From an uncultured Candidatus Rokubacteria bacterium (lineage in GTDB: Bacteria; Methylomirabilota; Methylomirabilia; Rokubacteriales; CSP1-6): a stretch of 64,000 nt of DNA. The notes under the pieces are model-generated. The model was not told the origin of the DNA and searched no databases. It saw nothing but the letters and a program-made list of their open reading frames with translations. Shown piece by piece: positions 28,869-40,497 of the stretch; positions within the stretch are counted from its first letter, which is position 1; each line of letters opens with the position of its first letter. A program made the position numbers and the translations under genes. The DNA is taken from contig CAVWFS010000007.1 in the NCBI GenBank assembly GCA_963754315.1, positions 544,001 to 608,000 of the forward strand. The letters are read 5' to 3'.

Positions 28869-30134
28869 ATGCCCCACGCCCCGCTGGCCGGCCTCTGTTG
28901 CGTCCGCTGCGGAGCGACATTTCCCGTCGAACCACGCTTCGACGGGTGCCCGAAGTGCGCATTCGAGGTGCCCGTCAATCTGATACCGATCTACGATGAG
29001 GCCCGACGTCCGGTTTTCCGCGCCGAGGCCTTGCGCGAGCGACCGTCCACTATGTGGCGCTACGAGGAGCTTCTGCCGGTGGCGGCCGCGGACGCGGTGA
29101 GCCTCAACGAGGGTTGGACACCTCTCACGGCATGCCCACGTTATGGAACCCGGGTGGGTGTTCCGCGGCTGTTCGTGAAGGACGAATCACGAAACCCGAC
29201 CTGGTCCTTCAAGGACCGTCTGGCTACGGTGGCCGTCTCGATGGCGCGCCAGTTCGGCGCCGGTGTCATCGGGTGCAGCTCGTCGGGGAATGCGGGCGCC
29301 GCGGCGGCGGCGTACGCCGCCCGGGCGGGGCTGCCGTGCGTGGTGCTCACATTTGCCGGAGCGGCGGGCGCGATGATGACGCAGATGCAAGCGTACGGCG
29401 CCATGGTGGTGGCCACGCGCGACAAAGGGGATCGCTGGACGCTTCTTCGCCGCGGTGTCGAGCAGCTCGGCTGGTATCCCACCACGCCGTACTTCGGGCC
29501 CCCGGCGGGCTCGAACGCCTACGGTGTCGAGGGCTACAAAACCATCGCCTACGAGATCGCGGAGCAGTTGGGCTGGCAGGCACCCGCGTGGTGCGTCCTG
29601 CCTGTCGCCTATGGCGACGCGCTGGCCGGGGTCTGGCGCGGGTTCGAGGATCTGGCGCGGCTCGGGCTCATCGCGACCCTGCCGCGCATGATCGCCTCGG
29701 AGATCTACGGCTCACTGGCCGAAGCGCTGCGCACGGACGCCGCCTCGGTGCCCGTGGTGACCGCAGACCATCCGAGCATCGCCGCCTCCATCGCCACCGT
29801 GCAGTCGACCTATCAAGCCCTGCACACCCTGCGTGCCTCGAACGGACTCGCCCACCGAGTCGGCGCCGAAGACTTGGCCGCGCTCCAGGTCGAGTTAGCC
29901 TCCTTGGAGGGACTCTACGCTGAGCCCTCCTCAGTCGCCGCCTTGGCCACCATCCGCGCCATGCGGGCGAGCGGAGTGATCCGCGAGGACGACACCGTAG
30001 TGGCCTTGATGACGGCAGGCGGCCTCAAAGATCCGCCCGCCACCTCCGCTCGCACCCACGCCGTTCCCGTCATAGGTGGCGACTTCGGCGAATTCCTCAG
30101 CATCCTCCATTCAAGCTATGGATTTTCCGCGTAA
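28869..30134 (+). CDS. thrC: Threonine synthase-like PLP enzyme with N-terminal Zn ribbon
   Basis: CVRCG..CPKC, ESRNPTWSFKDR (PLP Lys), SSGNAG, EGYKT and EPSS motifs. Confidence 0.8.
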   Translation: MPHAPLAGLCCVRCGATFPVEPRFDGCPKCAFEVPVNLIPIYDEARRPVFRAEALRERPSTMWRYEELLPVAAADAVSLNEGWTPLTACPRYGTRVGVPRLFVKDESRNPTWSFKDRLATVAVSMARQFGAGVIGCSSSGNAGAAAAAYAARAGLPCVVLTFAGAAGAMMTQMQAYGAMVVATRDKGDRWTLLRRGVEQLGWYPTTPYFGPPAGSNAYGVEGYKTIAYEIAEQLGWQAPAWCVLPVAYGDALAGVWRGFEDLARLGLIATLPRMIASEIYGSLAEALRTDAASVPVVTADHPSIAASIATVQSTYQALHTLRASNGLAHRVGAEDLAALQVELASLEGLYAEPSSVAALATIRAMRASGVIREDDTVVALMTAGGLKDPPATSARTHAVPVIGGDFGEFLSILHSSYGFSA

Positions 30135-30147
30135 CGTCGCTGCCGCA

Positions 30148-30191
30148 ATCCGAGCGTAGAAGCGCTGGGCCGTTTCGAGGCTCCCACCAAA
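30148..30191 (-). repeat. Palindromic repeat element copy 3 (degenerate, partial)
   Basis: Minus strand directly after the TolC stop reads TAG-TTTGGTGGGAGCCTCGAAACGGCCCAGCGCTTCTACGCTCGG, resembling TATGGGGGGCCTCGAAAGGGCCCCCC...CGCTCGG of copy 1. Confidence 0.55.
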
Positions 30192-31673
30192 CTAGTCTCC
30201 AGCGGCGAAGGTCAGGGCGGCGGACGCCGTGAGCAGCTCGGCCCGGGTCTGAATTTCGGTGGTCCGCGCGCGCGCAAGATCACGCTGGGCCGCGAGAAGA
30301 TCGATCACGGTGGCCAGGCCTGCCGACCGGTACGACTCCAGGGTCGAGGCGTAGGCTTCCTCGGAAGCGGCCACGAGGGCAAGGGCAAATTCGTGCTTGC
30401 GTAGAGCCGTCTTCACGTCAGCGTATGACTTCCACACCTCACGGATCGTCCGGAGCTCGAGGGCTGCTAGCTCGGCCTGGGCCGCTTCCCTCTGCGAGGT
30501 AGCCTCGCGCAGCGCGTTCTCCCGCTCGAAGCCGTCGAAGAGCTTCCACTCGAAGTTGAGGAAGGCACCGTACTCTGTCTCGTTCATGCTGAAGGTGCCA
30601 GTCGGCGGGCCAGCACGGTATCGCTGCAGTGCCTGGTTCACCGAACCCGAAAAGAGCAGCTGCGGCCGAAACGCCGCCCGCGCGCGGCTGGTTTCCGCTT
30701 CCCGTGCGCGCAGCGCCGCCAGGCGGGCGGCCAGATCGGGCCGACGCGCGAGGGCACGGTCGATGACCTGCTCGACGGATTCGGCCAGACCTCCCGGTAG
30801 CGGCAGGGCGGAGAGGTCAGCCACGCGCAGCGGGACCGTGGGCGCGATGCCAAGGCTCTCGGCCAGCGCAGCCTGGGCGTCGGCGACCGCGCCGAGCGCA
30901 TCCTCGACCTCGAAGGCGGCCCGCGCCCGCTCTTGCCGCGCAAGGAGAAGCTCGGGGCGGGTGGCCAGGCCCTGAGCGAGCCGGGCCGCGACCGCGTCCT
31001 CCACCGCGACCGCCGACTCCAGGGTCACGAGGGCCGCCGTCACCCGCGCGCGGCTGGCGTCAAGGCCAAAGTAATTGCGGGAGACCGAGAAGGCCACTTC
31101 CTGGAGCTTGCGATTGAAGGAGAGGTTGGCCTGGGTAAGCTGCTGGCTCGAGCGCTCCACGGTCGAGCTGCGCCTCCCGAAGTCCAGGATGATCCAGGTG
31201 AGCTGGAGCGCCGGCGTGGCCGAAGGCCCCTCGACGGTGAACGTTCCGATGGGGGACGGACCCTGGTCGGCCTCCCTGGACGTTCCACCATTGGCCAGGA
31301 AGGTCAGGGTCGGGTAGTACGGGGCCTGAGCCCGCCCGAGCTGCGCCGCGGCCGCTCGCGCTTCCTCCCACGTGCGCCGCGTATCGGGGTTCGCCCGATG
31401 GGCGAGATCGATGAGATCGGCGAGGCCATGGATGAGCTCGGAGTCGACCTTGACGGGAGGCCCCACGCGGCCGGCTGTGGCCAGAGTGCGCTCTGACCGC
31501 GCCTGAGGCGGAGGAGTCCAGGCCGTGGTCGGCGAGGCGGGCGCGCTCGGATACGGGTCGCGAGCGATGGACCAGCCCGCGCACCCTCCACCCAGTGCCG
31601 CGATGGACGCAGCCAGGGCGACCGTTCGCCGGAGAGTTTCGTAAGGTCGTGAGCTACGGGCCGTCAGCCGCAT
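30192..31673 (-). CDS. TolC/OMF outer-membrane efflux lipoprotein
   Basis: Lipobox LGGGC, ANPDTR, LDFGRR, RPDL, LFDGF and AGLATVIDLLAAQ motifs (two OEP repeats). Confidence 0.9.
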   Translation of the reverse strand: MRLTARSSRPYETLRRTVALAASIAALGGGCAGWSIARDPYPSAPASPTTAWTPPPQARSERTLATAGRVGPPVKVDSELIHGLADLIDLAHRANPDTRRTWEEARAAAAQLGRAQAPYYPTLTFLANGGTSREADQGPSPIGTFTVEGPSATPALQLTWIILDFGRRSSTVERSSQQLTQANLSFNRKLQEVAFSVSRNYFGLDASRARVTAALVTLESAVAVEDAVAARLAQGLATRPELLLARQERARAAFEVEDALGAVADAQAALAESLGIAPTVPLRVADLSALPLPGGLAESVEQVIDRALARRPDLAARLAALRAREAETSRARAAFRPQLLFSGSVNQALQRYRAGPPTGTFSMNETEYGAFLNFEWKLFDGFERENALREATSQREAAQAELAALELRTIREVWKSYADVKTALRKHEFALALVAASEEAYASTLESYRSAGLATVIDLLAAQRDLARARTTEIQTRAELLTASAALTFAAGD

Positions 31674-31720
31674 CCGCAGACGCACGAGGCGTTCGGCCGG
31701 TAGTGTATCCTCTCTCTGAC

Positions 31721-31981
31721 ATGCGTGTCACCCTCCGGCGCCTGGAAGCCGCCGGTCTGGTCTTCCTCGCCGGCGGCTGCGATCCTATCCTCAACATCCA
31801 GGGCTCCTTCTTCCCGGCCTGGATGGTATGCTTGGTGGTCGGCGTATCGCTCGCCTTCGTCCTGCGCTATGTGTTCGCGATCACCAGGCTCGAGCCCCAC
31901 CTCGGGCCCCTCGTATTGATCTATCCGAGCCTCGCCCTCTTGCTCACCCTCGCGACCTGGCTCCTCTTGTATCGGACGTGA
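31721..31981 (+). CDS. ytcA: YtcA family lipoprotein
   Basis: LAGGCDPILNIQGSFFPAWMVC signature, upstream of the MFP/FUSC genes. Confidence 0.8.
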   Translation: MRVTLRRLEAAGLVFLAGGCDPILNIQGSFFPAWMVCLVVGVSLAFVLRYVFAITRLEPHLGPLVLIYPSLALLLTLATWLLLYRT

Positions 31982-31984
31982 GCG

Positions 31985-33293
31985 GTGGACGAGGCTCCCG
32001 CGTCCCCATCTTCTGCTACGCGTCCTGGGGCGACTGCTGGGAGTCCTGATCGTCCTGGGGGCGGTTGTCCTCAGCGTATATGTGTACCAGCTCAACTTCG
32101 TTCATCCGCGCACCGACGACGCCGCCGTGCGCGCCAACGTCGTCGGGATCGCCCCTCATGTGAGCGGCCCCCTCGTCGAGCTGAAGGTGGTCGACAACCA
32201 GCGGGTCAAGCAAGGTGATCTGCTCTTCGTGATCGACCCTCGGCCCTACGAGGCGCGCCTGGCGAGGGTGCGCGCCGACCTTGCCCTCGCCCTCAGGGAT
32301 GTCGAGGCGCAGCAGAAGGCCATCGCCTCGGCGGGCGCGCAGGTGGCGGGGCGCGAGGCGGCCATGGCCGCCGCCACCGCCGAGGTGGCGCGGAGCGAGA
32401 CAGGACCGCCTGCCGCCGAGGCTGAGATCGCCCGGGCCGAGGCCAACCAGGCGGCGGCAGAGGCATTGGTGGCACGCCTGGAGGCAGAGTTTGCGTACGC
32501 CGCCGACTACCTCCGACGGGTCGAGCCACTGCTCGAGCGCCAGTTCGTCACCGCGGATCGGGTGAGCGACGCCCGGAGCAAGCGCGACGCTGCCGAGGCA
32601 GCATTGAGCGAGGCGCGACGCCGTGTGCGGGCCGCCGAGGCGGCTGTGCGCGAAGCGCGAACCAAGAAGACCGCTGCCGACGCAGCCGTCGAGCACGCGA
32701 AGGCCGCCCGCCGCCAGGCCGCCCACGCCACCGAGCAAGCCTTGCATGACCGCCAGCGAGCCCAGGAGCTACTCGCCCAGTTCGGTGAATTCAACGCCCG
32801 CCTGCAGGCTGCCGAGGCTGCCGTCCGGAGCGCCGAGCTCGACGTTGGTTACTGCTGGGTGCGCGCTCCCTTCGACGCCTACGTGACCAATCTCAATATC
32901 GCCGTCGGCGAGTACGCCAAGCAGGGTCAGCAAGTGTTTGCCCTCGTCGACAACCGGGTCTGGTACGTGCTCGCCAACTTCCGCGAGACGTACATGGCGT
33001 CGATCAAGCCGGGCATGCAGGCCGAGGTCTATCTGCTCACCTATCCTGGGCGTCCCTTCCGAGGCGTGGTGCAGGGCATCGGTTGGGCCAACCAACCCGA
33101 CGACGGCGCCACCGTCGGGGTGCTCCCTGAAGTGCGGCGGACGTTGAACTGGGTGCGCCTCGCCAACCGATTCCCCGTGCGCATCGTGCTCGAGGAGCAG
33201 GATCCCGAGCGGCCCTTCCGCATGGGGACCACGGCCGTGGTGACCATCCGCGGGTTCCCGGCCACTCCCTCGCCGCCTGCACACCGTCCGTAA
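31985..33293 (+). CDS. HlyD/MdtN-type membrane fusion protein (apparent frameshift at ~31997)
   Basis: The TM anchor RVLGRLLGVLIVLGAVV is in frame with PRTDDA...WVRLANRFPVRI but has no in-frame start. GTG 31985 joins it if one C is removed. Confidence 0.85.
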
Positions 33294-33294
33294 G

Positions 33295-35484
33295 GTGAAG
33301 GGCGATCCCCGAGCGCCCGCCTCTCTCGGCGCCACGCTCACGGCCTTTCTGCGCGCCGAGCTGGCCCCCACTCCAGGTCGAACCCGAGCTGCGCTGCGCG
33401 TCCTGATCGCCTCGCTGGTGGGCACCGTGATCGTCATGGCTACCCATGCCCCTCACGGCCACTGGATCATCATCACGATCTTCCTGGTAAGCCCAGAAGA
33501 TGCCGGGTCCTCCCTCATCAAGGGCATCCAACGCCTGGTGGGGACCTTGGCGGGCGGGGCGGTCGGCGTGCTGATCGTCATTGGGTTCGCCAACGAGCCC
33601 TGGTTCATGTTCGCGGCGATCGGCGTGGCGGTCGCGGTGGGCATGTTCCTCTCCCGTACGACGAGCGCTCCGTACGCAAGCCTCCTGGGCACGGTGACTC
33701 TGCTCCTGGTGGTGTTCTCCCATCTCGACTCGCCGGGAACCGAGATCGACACGGCGCTCTGGCGGACCCTGATGATCCTCCTCGGCGTCCTGCTCGGCAC
33801 CGGAGCTCAGATCCTCCTGTGGCCGAGCGACCCGGAAGAGCGCCTTCTCGACGATCTCGTGGTACGCCTCTCCACGGTCGAGCGCCTCCTGGCCGAGGCC
33901 TTGGCCCCGCCCAGGGGCGGGGTCGCTGACGTCCCCGGTCCCGACGTGATGGCAATCAGCGGATTCGCACGCGAGCTCGACCTGTTGGCCAACGCCGAGG
34001 CGCGCTACCCGTCCCTGCGGCGTCGCCATCCTGAACAGATCGCCCTGATCACTGAGGTGGAGCGGCTCCTCACCAATGCGCTGTGGTTGAGCGAGCTGAC
34101 CCAGAGCCCCGAGGGCCAGCCACGCCTCGACGATTCGCTCCGTCGGCGCCTGGGTACGATCCGTGAAGAGTGCGGACACCAGCGCCAGGCGCTCGCCGCT
34201 CGGCAGCCGGCCGCCTCGGAAGTCGTCAGCGGACAAGCGTCGCGCATCGACGTTGCCCCTGAAGTTGGCATTCCAGCGCTCGTTGCGTACATGGAAGCGA
34301 CCCTCATCCGGATCGCAACCGCCACGCAGCTCCTGGGATCTAGCGCTCCGGCGCGCGGGCTGAGGCCGCCGGCGTCCACTTCACCCCTCGACACCTTGCG
34401 GCGAGCGCCCTTCCTGACGCCGTCCTTCTCCCTCTCGAACACCGGGGACATCGTATTTTCCCTCAAGTGCGCCGTGGCTGTGGAGATATGCCTTCTCATC
34501 ATCCTCGGCCTCGACTGGCCGGGCCTCATGACCAGCATCGTCACGTGCGTCATCGGCGCCCAGAGCAGCCTCGGGGCCAGCATCTACAAGGCGTTTCTCA
34601 GGCTGGCGGGGGCCCTGCTCGGCGGCCTGCTCGGCCTGGCCATGATCGTCGCCGTCATGCCCAACGCGGTAGGCCTCACCTCGATGCTCCTGCCGTTCGC
34701 CGCGGGTGTCTGGATTGCCGCCTGGATCGCCGCGGGCAGCTCACGCATTTCCTATGCTGGTATTCAGGTCGGCATGGCGCTGGCGATCGCCGTAGTCGAT
34801 GCTATCGGGCCGACCGTCGACTTGGTGCCCCCCCGCGACCGTGTGCTGGGGATCGTGCTGGGTATCGTGGTGCTGACGCTCGTTTATGAGGCCGTGTGGC
34901 CTCTTAGAGCCAGCCGGGCGATGCGCCCGGCCCTCGGCTCCGCCCTGCGCGCCATGGCCGTGCTGGCCGTGGTCGAGCCCGCCGGCGGCTATGAAACCGC
35001 CGTTGCCCGCGCCGCTCGTCACCGGAGCAACGTGTATCACGGGCTGGCGGACGTGCTTCGACTGCGCGAGGAGTCCACCATGGAACCCGGCGCGTCGGCG
35101 CCAGCGGCCCGCGCCGAGAGGGATACCATCCTTCGGCTCACGGCCGACGCCCAGGCGGTCTTCCTTGCGTTACTCGCCCTCGCCCGCCATCGGGTGGCTA
35201 TCGATCGGACCTCCGCTCCGGCAACAGTGGCCGCTCACACGGACCACTTCGATCGCGACGTCCGCCAGGCCATCGAGACCATCGCCGGCAATCTCGAGGG
35301 CAAGGAGGGGCCACGCCCGGATCTGCAAGCGCGCTTCGACGAGCTCGAGCGGGCGGGAGCTGACTGGCGCGCACCGGCGGTCATGGTCACTGCCTCAGCC
35401 CTCGCCTACCTGCGCGGAGAAATCGCCGTCCGGCGCGACGTGATGGCCGAGGTGCTCCGTCTCTCCCGAGCCGTCGACGCCTGA
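33295..35484 (+). CDS. FUSC/MdtO-like inner-membrane efflux component
   Basis: FLRAELAPTPGR, two multi-TM blocks, ISYAGIQ, RDRVLGI and VWP motifs. Confidence 0.88.
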   Translation: MKGDPRAPASLGATLTAFLRAELAPTPGRTRAALRVLIASLVGTVIVMATHAPHGHWIIITIFLVSPEDAGSSLIKGIQRLVGTLAGGAVGVLIVIGFANEPWFMFAAIGVAVAVGMFLSRTTSAPYASLLGTVTLLLVVFSHLDSPGTEIDTALWRTLMILLGVLLGTGAQILLWPSDPEERLLDDLVVRLSTVERLLAEALAPPRGGVADVPGPDVMAISGFARELDLLANAEARYPSLRRRHPEQIALITEVERLLTNALWLSELTQSPEGQPRLDDSLRRRLGTIREECGHQRQALAARQPAASEVVSGQASRIDVAPEVGIPALVAYMEATLIRIATATQLLGSSAPARGLRPPASTSPLDTLRRAPFLTPSFSLSNTGDIVFSLKCAVAVEICLLIILGLDWPGLMTSIVTCVIGAQSSLGASIYKAFLRLAGALLGGLLGLAMIVAVMPNAVGLTSMLLPFAAGVWIAAWIAAGSSRISYAGIQVGMALAIAVVDAIGPTVDLVPPRDRVLGIVLGIVVLTLVYEAVWPLRASRAMRPALGSALRAMAVLAVVEPAGGYETAVARAARHRSNVYHGLADVLRLREESTMEPGASAPAARAERDTILRLTADAQAVFLALLALARHRVAIDRTSAPATVAAHTDHFDRDVRQAIETIAGNLEGKEGPRPDLQARFDELERAGADWRAPAVMVTASALAYLRGEIAVRRDVMAEVLRLSRAVDA

Positions 35485-35512
35485 CGAGGGAGCTCGCCTA
35501 GCGGTTCGGTTT

Positions 35513-37582
35513 TCAGCCGCGCCTCCGCTTGCCGAGCTGCTCCTTGGCGGCGGCCAGGACACGATCCGGCGTGAAGCCGAACTTCTGCTGCAACTCCTTC
35601 AGGGGCGCCGACGCTCCGAAGGTGTGCATACCGATGACCTCCCCATCGGTACCCACGAAGCGGGCCCAGCCGAACGTGGAGGCTTGCTCCACGGCGACGC
35701 GCGCGGCCACCGCTGGTGGTAGAACCCGGTCGCGGTACTCTTGGCTTTGCCGGTCAAATAGCTCCCACGAAGGCATGCTCACCACGCGGGCCTTGATCCC
35801 CTCTGCCGTCAGCTTCTCGAACGTCTCCACGCAGAGGGACACTTCGCTACCGGTTGCGAGGAGCAACACGTCCGGCTTGCCGTCAGGAGCATCGGCCAAC
35901 ACGTATGCGCCCTGGGCGAGCCCGGCTGCCGGCGCGTAGCGGGACCGATCGAAGGTCGGTAACGCCTGACGGCTGAGGATGAGCGCCACCGCATCGTGGC
36001 GGAGCTGCATGATGACCCGCCAGGCCTCCGTGACCTCGTTGGCGTCGCCCGGCCGCAGGGTAATGAGGCCCGGGATGGCCCGTAGCGAAGCAAGATGCTC
36101 GACGGGCTGATGAGTCGGTCCGTCCTCTCCGACGCCAATGGAATCGTGGGTAAAGACGTAGATGACCGGGATTTCCATCAGCGCCGACAGGCGAAGGGAG
36201 CCGCGACCGTAGTCACTGAAGATGAGGAACCCTGATCCGAACGGGCGGACCTTGGAGAGGGCAAGACCATTGAGGACGGCTCCCATGGCATGCTCCCTCA
36301 CACCAAAGTGAAAGTTCCGTCCACTCAGCTTCGCTCCTGAAAAATCGCCGGCTCCGTCGAAGGTCAGCCGCGTCTTGGTCGAGGGTGCCAGATCGGCCGA
36401 GCCTCCGATGAGCCATGGCACCCGCGGAGCAAGCGCGTTGAGAACCTTGGCCGACGAGTCCCGGCTGGCGATACCCTTGGCGTCTGGGGGGAACGAGGGC
36501 AGATCGTGGTCCCAGCCTTCGGGCAGTTCGCGTCGTTGCATCCGATAGAGGTGGTCAGCCAGCTCCTTGTACTGACGGGTGTAGTCGGCGAACTTGGCCA
36601 TCCAGGCCTCCCGCAGGGCCCCCCCGCGGCGTCCGAGGCCGTCCCGAAAGTGTTCACGTACTCCGTCAGGCACGAGGAACTGAGCATCTTCCGGCCACCC
36701 GTAGTTGCGCTTGGTGAGCCTGACCTCGTCGTCACCCAGTGGCTCGCCGTGGGCGGCGCTGGTGTCCTCCTTGTGAGGCGCGCCGTAGCCGATGTGGCTC
36801 TCCACGATGATCAAGGTGGGCCGGTCGGTCGTCCGCTTGAAGCTGGTGAAGGCCCGCTCGATGGCATCGAGGTCGTTGGCGTCTCCCACCCGCACCACGT
36901 TCCAGTTGTAGCCAAGGAACCGCGTCGCGACGTCCTCGGTGAAGGCGAGGTCGGTGTGGCCCTCAATGGTGACCTTGTTACGATCGTAGATCCAGCAGAG
37001 GTTCGACAGCCGTAGATGGCCGGCCAGGGACGCCGCCTCGCTGGCGATGCCTTCCATCATGCATCCATCACCGCTGAGCGCATAGACGTCGTAGTCGATC
37101 ATGGAGAAGCCGGGTCGGTTGAAGTACTGCGCCATCCACTGGCTGGCGATGGCCATACCGACGCTGGTGGCCACCCCCTGGCCGAGGGGGCCCGTCGTCG
37201 TCTCCACCCCGGACGTCCAGCGGTACTCGGGATGCCCGGGGCACTTGCTGCCAAGCTGCCGGAAGCTCTTGATGTCGTCGAGGGACACGGAGACTTGACC
37301 CATCACCTCGTACTTCGGGTTGACGGCCTTCACTCCGGTCAGGTGGAGGAGGGCGTAGAGCAACATGGAGGCGTGTCCGGCCGACAGGACGAACCGATCG
37401 CGGTTGGGCCAAATGGGATGCTCGGGATCGAAGCGCAGGAAGCGTTGCCAGAGCCAGTAGGCGACGGGGGCGGCGCCCATGGGCGTGCCGGGGTGTCCGG
37501 AGCGCGCCTTCTGGATGGCGTCGATGGCAAGCGTCCGGATGGTGTTGATGCACAGCTGGTCCATGCGTTCCTGGTCGGTCAT
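35513..37582 (-). CDS. tkt: Transketolase
   Basis: [28 protein letters not shown] and [16 protein letters not shown] motifs. Confidence 0.97.
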   Translation of the reverse strand: MTDQERMDQLCINTIRTLAIDAIQKARSGHPGTPMGAAPVAYWLWQRFLRFDPEHPIWPNRDRFVLSAGHASMLLYALLHLTGVKAVNPKYEVMGQVSVSLDDIKSFRQLGSKCPGHPEYRWTSGVETTTGPLGQGVATSVGMAIASQWMAQYFNRPGFSMIDYDVYALSGDGCMMEGIASEAASLAGHLRLSNLCWIYDRNKVTIEGHTDLAFTEDVATRFLGYNWNVVRVGDANDLDAIERAFTSFKRTTDRPTLIIVESHIGYGAPHKEDTSAAHGEPLGDDEVRLTKRNYGWPEDAQFLVPDGVREHFRDGLGRRGGALREAWMAKFADYTRQYKELADHLYRMQRRELPEGWDHDLPSFPPDAKGIASRDSSAKVLNALAPRVPWLIGGSADLAPSTKTRLTFDGAGDFSGAKLSGRNFHFGVREHAMGAVLNGLALSKVRPFGSGFLIFSDYGRGSLRLSALMEIPVIYVFTHDSIGVGEDGPTHQPVEHLASLRAIPGLITLRPGDANEVTEAWRVIMQLRHDAVALILSRQALPTFDRSRYAPAAGLAQGAYVLADAPDGKPDVLLLATGSEVSLCVETFEKLTAEGIKARVVSMPSWELFDRQSQEYRDRVLPPAVAARVAVEQASTFGWARFVGTDGEVIGMHTFGASAPLKELQQKFGFTPDRVLAAAKEQLGKRRRG

Positions 37583-37584
37583 GA

Positions 37585-38292
37585 TCAGGCCTTTCGCGTG
37601 AGGTGACGGATCCCAGCCTGGCCGGCCACGATCACGTCGGTGGCTAGGTGGAGAAACAGACCATGTTCCACGATCCCGGTCCTCCCGTTGAGGCGCGCCG
37701 CGAGCTCCGCGACCTCAGCGATCGGTCCGAACGCGCAGTCCACGATCAGGTTACCCTCGTCGGTGGTAAACGGCCTGCCCTCCGGCCCCGCCCGTAGGGT
37801 GACGCGGGCGCCCAAGGATTCAAGAAACCGTGCCTGCGACTGCCACAAAAACGGGATCACTTCCACGGGCACGGCCCAGTGGGTCCCGAGCCGAGGCGAG
37901 AGCTTGGCGTCGTCCACGACGATCACCTCGCGGCGGCTCGCCTGAGCCACGATCTTCTCGTGGAGAAGCGCTCCCCCACCGCCCTTGATGAGGTTGAGAT
38001 CGGGGTCGACCTCGTCGGCGCCGTCGATGGTCACGTCGATGTCACGCGCTCCGTCCAACACGAGGGGGATGCCGAGCGCGCGTGCTTCCGCCTCGATACC
38101 GCTCGAGGTTGGCACCCCGGCGATATCGTGCAGGCGCCCCTCGCGCAGGAGCTGTCCGAGCCGACGAACGGCGAAAATGGCGGTGCTGCCCGTGCCAAGC
38201 CCGACCACCATGCCCGATCGCACCAGCTCCACCGCCCGTTCCGCCGCCGCCTGCTTGTGGCGGACGCGCACGTCGGTGTCGGAGGCCTTCAT
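37585..38292 (-). CDS. rpiA: Ribose-5-phosphate isomerase A
   Basis: [15 protein letters not shown] and [12 protein letters not shown] motifs. Confidence 0.96.
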   Translation of the reverse strand: MKASDTDVRVRHKQAAAERAVELVRSGMVVGLGTGSTAIFAVRRLGQLLREGRLHDIAGVPTSSGIEAEARALGIPLVLDGARDIDVTIDGADEVDPDLNLIKGGGGALLHEKIVAQASRREVIVVDDAKLSPRLGTHWAVPVEVIPFLWQSQARFLESLGARVTLRAGPEGRPFTTDEGNLIVDCAFGPIAEVAELAARLNGRTGIVEHGLFLHLATDVIVAGQAGIRHLTRKA

Positions 38293-39014
38293 CAGCGGTG
38301 TTCCAGGCGGGCGGCGGCGGCGGTATCCACCAGCCAGCGTAGCTCTCCGCGGGTAGGCTGGATGGCCTGAGAGGGAAGAACTTCCACCTGGGCGGGGCCT
38401 TCCAGGACGTCGCGCAGTCGATCTGCCTTCTCGGCGCCCGCGACCAGAAACCTCACGTGGCGGGCGGCGTTGATCACCACCGGCGTCATCGTCACCCGCC
38501 ACATGGAGACGACCTCCACGTACTGGGCCAGCACCCAGCGGACGGTCTCGGTCACCCCCGGTAACCCGGGAAAGAGCGAGGCCGTGTGCCCGTTGTCGCC
38601 CATGCCGAGGAGCACGAGGTCAAGACTCTCGCCCCTGAGAAAGCCGCGTAGCAGCTCCTCGTAGGCCGCCGCCGCTTGCTTCGGCTCATCCTCGCCACGG
38701 ATGCGATGAATGTTCTCGGCCGGTAAGGGGACTCTCGACAGCAGCGTCTCATTCGCCATGCGGTAGTTACTCTGGGGATGATCGGGCGGCACGCACCGCT
38801 CGTCGCCCCAGAAGATGTGCACACAAGACCAGTCGACCTGCCGGGCAACATCCGGGGCGGCCAGGAGCGTGTACAAGGCCGCGGGAGTCGAGCCGCCTGA
38901 CAGGGCCACCGAAAACCGCCGGTGCGCCGCCTGCGCGAGGCCAGCGACCTTGATGAACTCGTCGGCCGCAGCGCGCATGAGGCCTGCCCGGTCGGGTAGC
39001 ACATCGACGCGCAT
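38292..39014 (-). CDS. pgl: 6-phosphogluconolactonase
   Basis: LSGGSTP, FWGDERCVP and LGMGDNGHTASLFP motifs. Confidence 0.96.
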   Translation of the reverse strand: MRVDVLPDRAGLMRAAADEFIKVAGLAQAAHRRFSVALSGGSTPAALYTLLAAPDVARQVDWSCVHIFWGDERCVPPDHPQSNYRMANETLLSRVPLPAENIHRIRGEDEPKQAAAAYEELLRGFLRGESLDLVLLGMGDNGHTASLFPGLPGVTETVRWVLAQYVEVVSMWRVTMTPVVINAARHVRFLVAGAEKADRLRDVLEGPAQVEVLPSQAIQPTRGELRWLVDTAAAARLEHR

Positions 39015-39222
39015 GCCGTGTCCTCCCGCTGGTCCCGGTTGGCGACCCGTTCCCTAGCGCTGTCATCATATGCCACCTCGCTACCCGGACCGAGAGGGCT
39101 GAGTTCCTCGGACCACACCGCACGCCGGATGCCATACTGACGTTGCCGGACCATCTGCGCCTCGGTGTTCGCCGACATTGCCGGGCGGGTACCGTCGGGG
39201 CGCGCCGGGAGGACGTCGCCGC

Positions 39223-39611
39223 GTGGAACGCATGCTGCTGGTGGCTCTCGGAGGCGCGATCGGGACCCTACTGCGCTACTTCACCTCAGGTCTCGCCGCG
39301 AAGTGGTTCGGCATCGACTTTCCGTACGGCACGATCATCGTGAACCTCGTCGGTGCCTTCCTCATAGGGCTCATCCAGCAGATCGCCACGGAGACCCTGC
39401 TCTTCCCGAAAACGCGCGGTTGTTCCTGACCACCGGCCTCATGGGCGGCCTCACGACCTACTCTGCCTTCAGCTATGAGACCGTCCGTCTCATCGAGGCG
39501 AACGCCTGGCCCCAGGCGTGGATCAACGTCGTGGGGACGACTGCGGGTTGCCTGCTCCTCTGTGTGGCCGGGATCGCGGTGGGCCGCCTGGTCATCAGTC
39601 TACGGGTCTGA
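39223..39611 (+). CDS. crcB: Fluoride channel Fluc/CrcB (frameshift at ~39402)
   Basis: GGAIGTLLRY and FPYGTIIVNLVG are in one frame; TGLMGGLTTYSAFSYET is in the next frame. Confidence 0.88.
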
Positions 39612-39720
39612 CCCCTCGCAACGCGCAACGTGGTCGGGGGGTGGCGGGCCAGCGCCGTTCGTTTCGACCCCCTGGCCCAGCCGTCGGGAGTGGAGGTGGT
39701 CGAGATCGCGCGGCGCGCGA

Positions 39721-40420
39721 CTACCAGGTCCCGGTAGCGCGGTCAGAACCGAAATGTGATTGCCGCCAGAAACGACGACCGCGTTCCAATCCCTCCTTCG
39801 ACAAGAATACTTCATACATGGCACCGGCCCAGAGCGCCGCGTGTGTGGATGACGTCACGGCGCCGCGCAGACCCACTCTCGAGGAGAAGACCAGGGCCGT
39901 CATCTTTGTGTCCGTGAACAGGGTTTCATGCTTGAACGATAGGGGCGTAATCGTATAGTTTGTGTCGGCCACCATGAACGCAGTCAGGTTGTGCCACTCG
40001 CTTACCTTGAAGCCCCCGCCAGCGTTACCCCCCTCCGTAGGTGGGCCCTTCGTAGGAGAGGCTAATCGAGAGTCGTTGGGCCGGAATGTCCAGGATCCGG
40101 ACCGCCGGCAGATCGACGGCTCCCGTCATTCTTGCCGAGGTATATCCGGCAATCCCATAGACGCTCACAAACGGAAAAACCCACACGTCGAACCTGGCGA
40201 CGGCCTGCTGCGTCGTGTCCACCCGATCCATTTGCACAAAGTTCGTGACCGATTCCGGAGGGCGGCCAACGATGCCAACCTGGAGATCCTTGATCTTGAA
40301 CGGCTGTTGCTCGCGGTAGTAGTTGACTCCGATCCCGAATGGTAGTGGGATCTGATGGCCTCTCGCTTCAGCGTATTCCGTGGCCAGAGAGAATCGTGGC
40401 GCGATACGGATTCTTGACAA
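39721..40420 (-). pseudogene. Fragment of an outer-membrane beta-barrel-like protein
   Basis: ARGHQIPLPFGIGVNY, RFDVWVFPF, YEGPTYGGG(V)TLAGGF and LWAGAMY segments. Broken at G-runs ~40013-40033, with no signal peptide or normal C-terminus. Confidence 0.55.
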
Positions 40421-40442
40421 GGGAGTTCACCAGCGACATGCT
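40414..40442 (+). promoter_or_regulatory. Putative sigma70 promoter for the patatin gene
   Basis: TTGACA-N17-CATGCT about 55 bp upstream of ATG 40498. Confidence 0.35.
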
Positions 40443-40497
40443 TTCCGATCTATCCTCTCTCGCGGCTCATAGAGCCAGTGGTGGGTAAGGAGCAGCC

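Noticed and set aside
39015..39222. Fluoride riboswitch upstream of crcB
   Set aside because: GGTGTTCGCC resembles part of the motif, but the GGCGATG 5' strand and the downstream GCTRATGAC element are missing.
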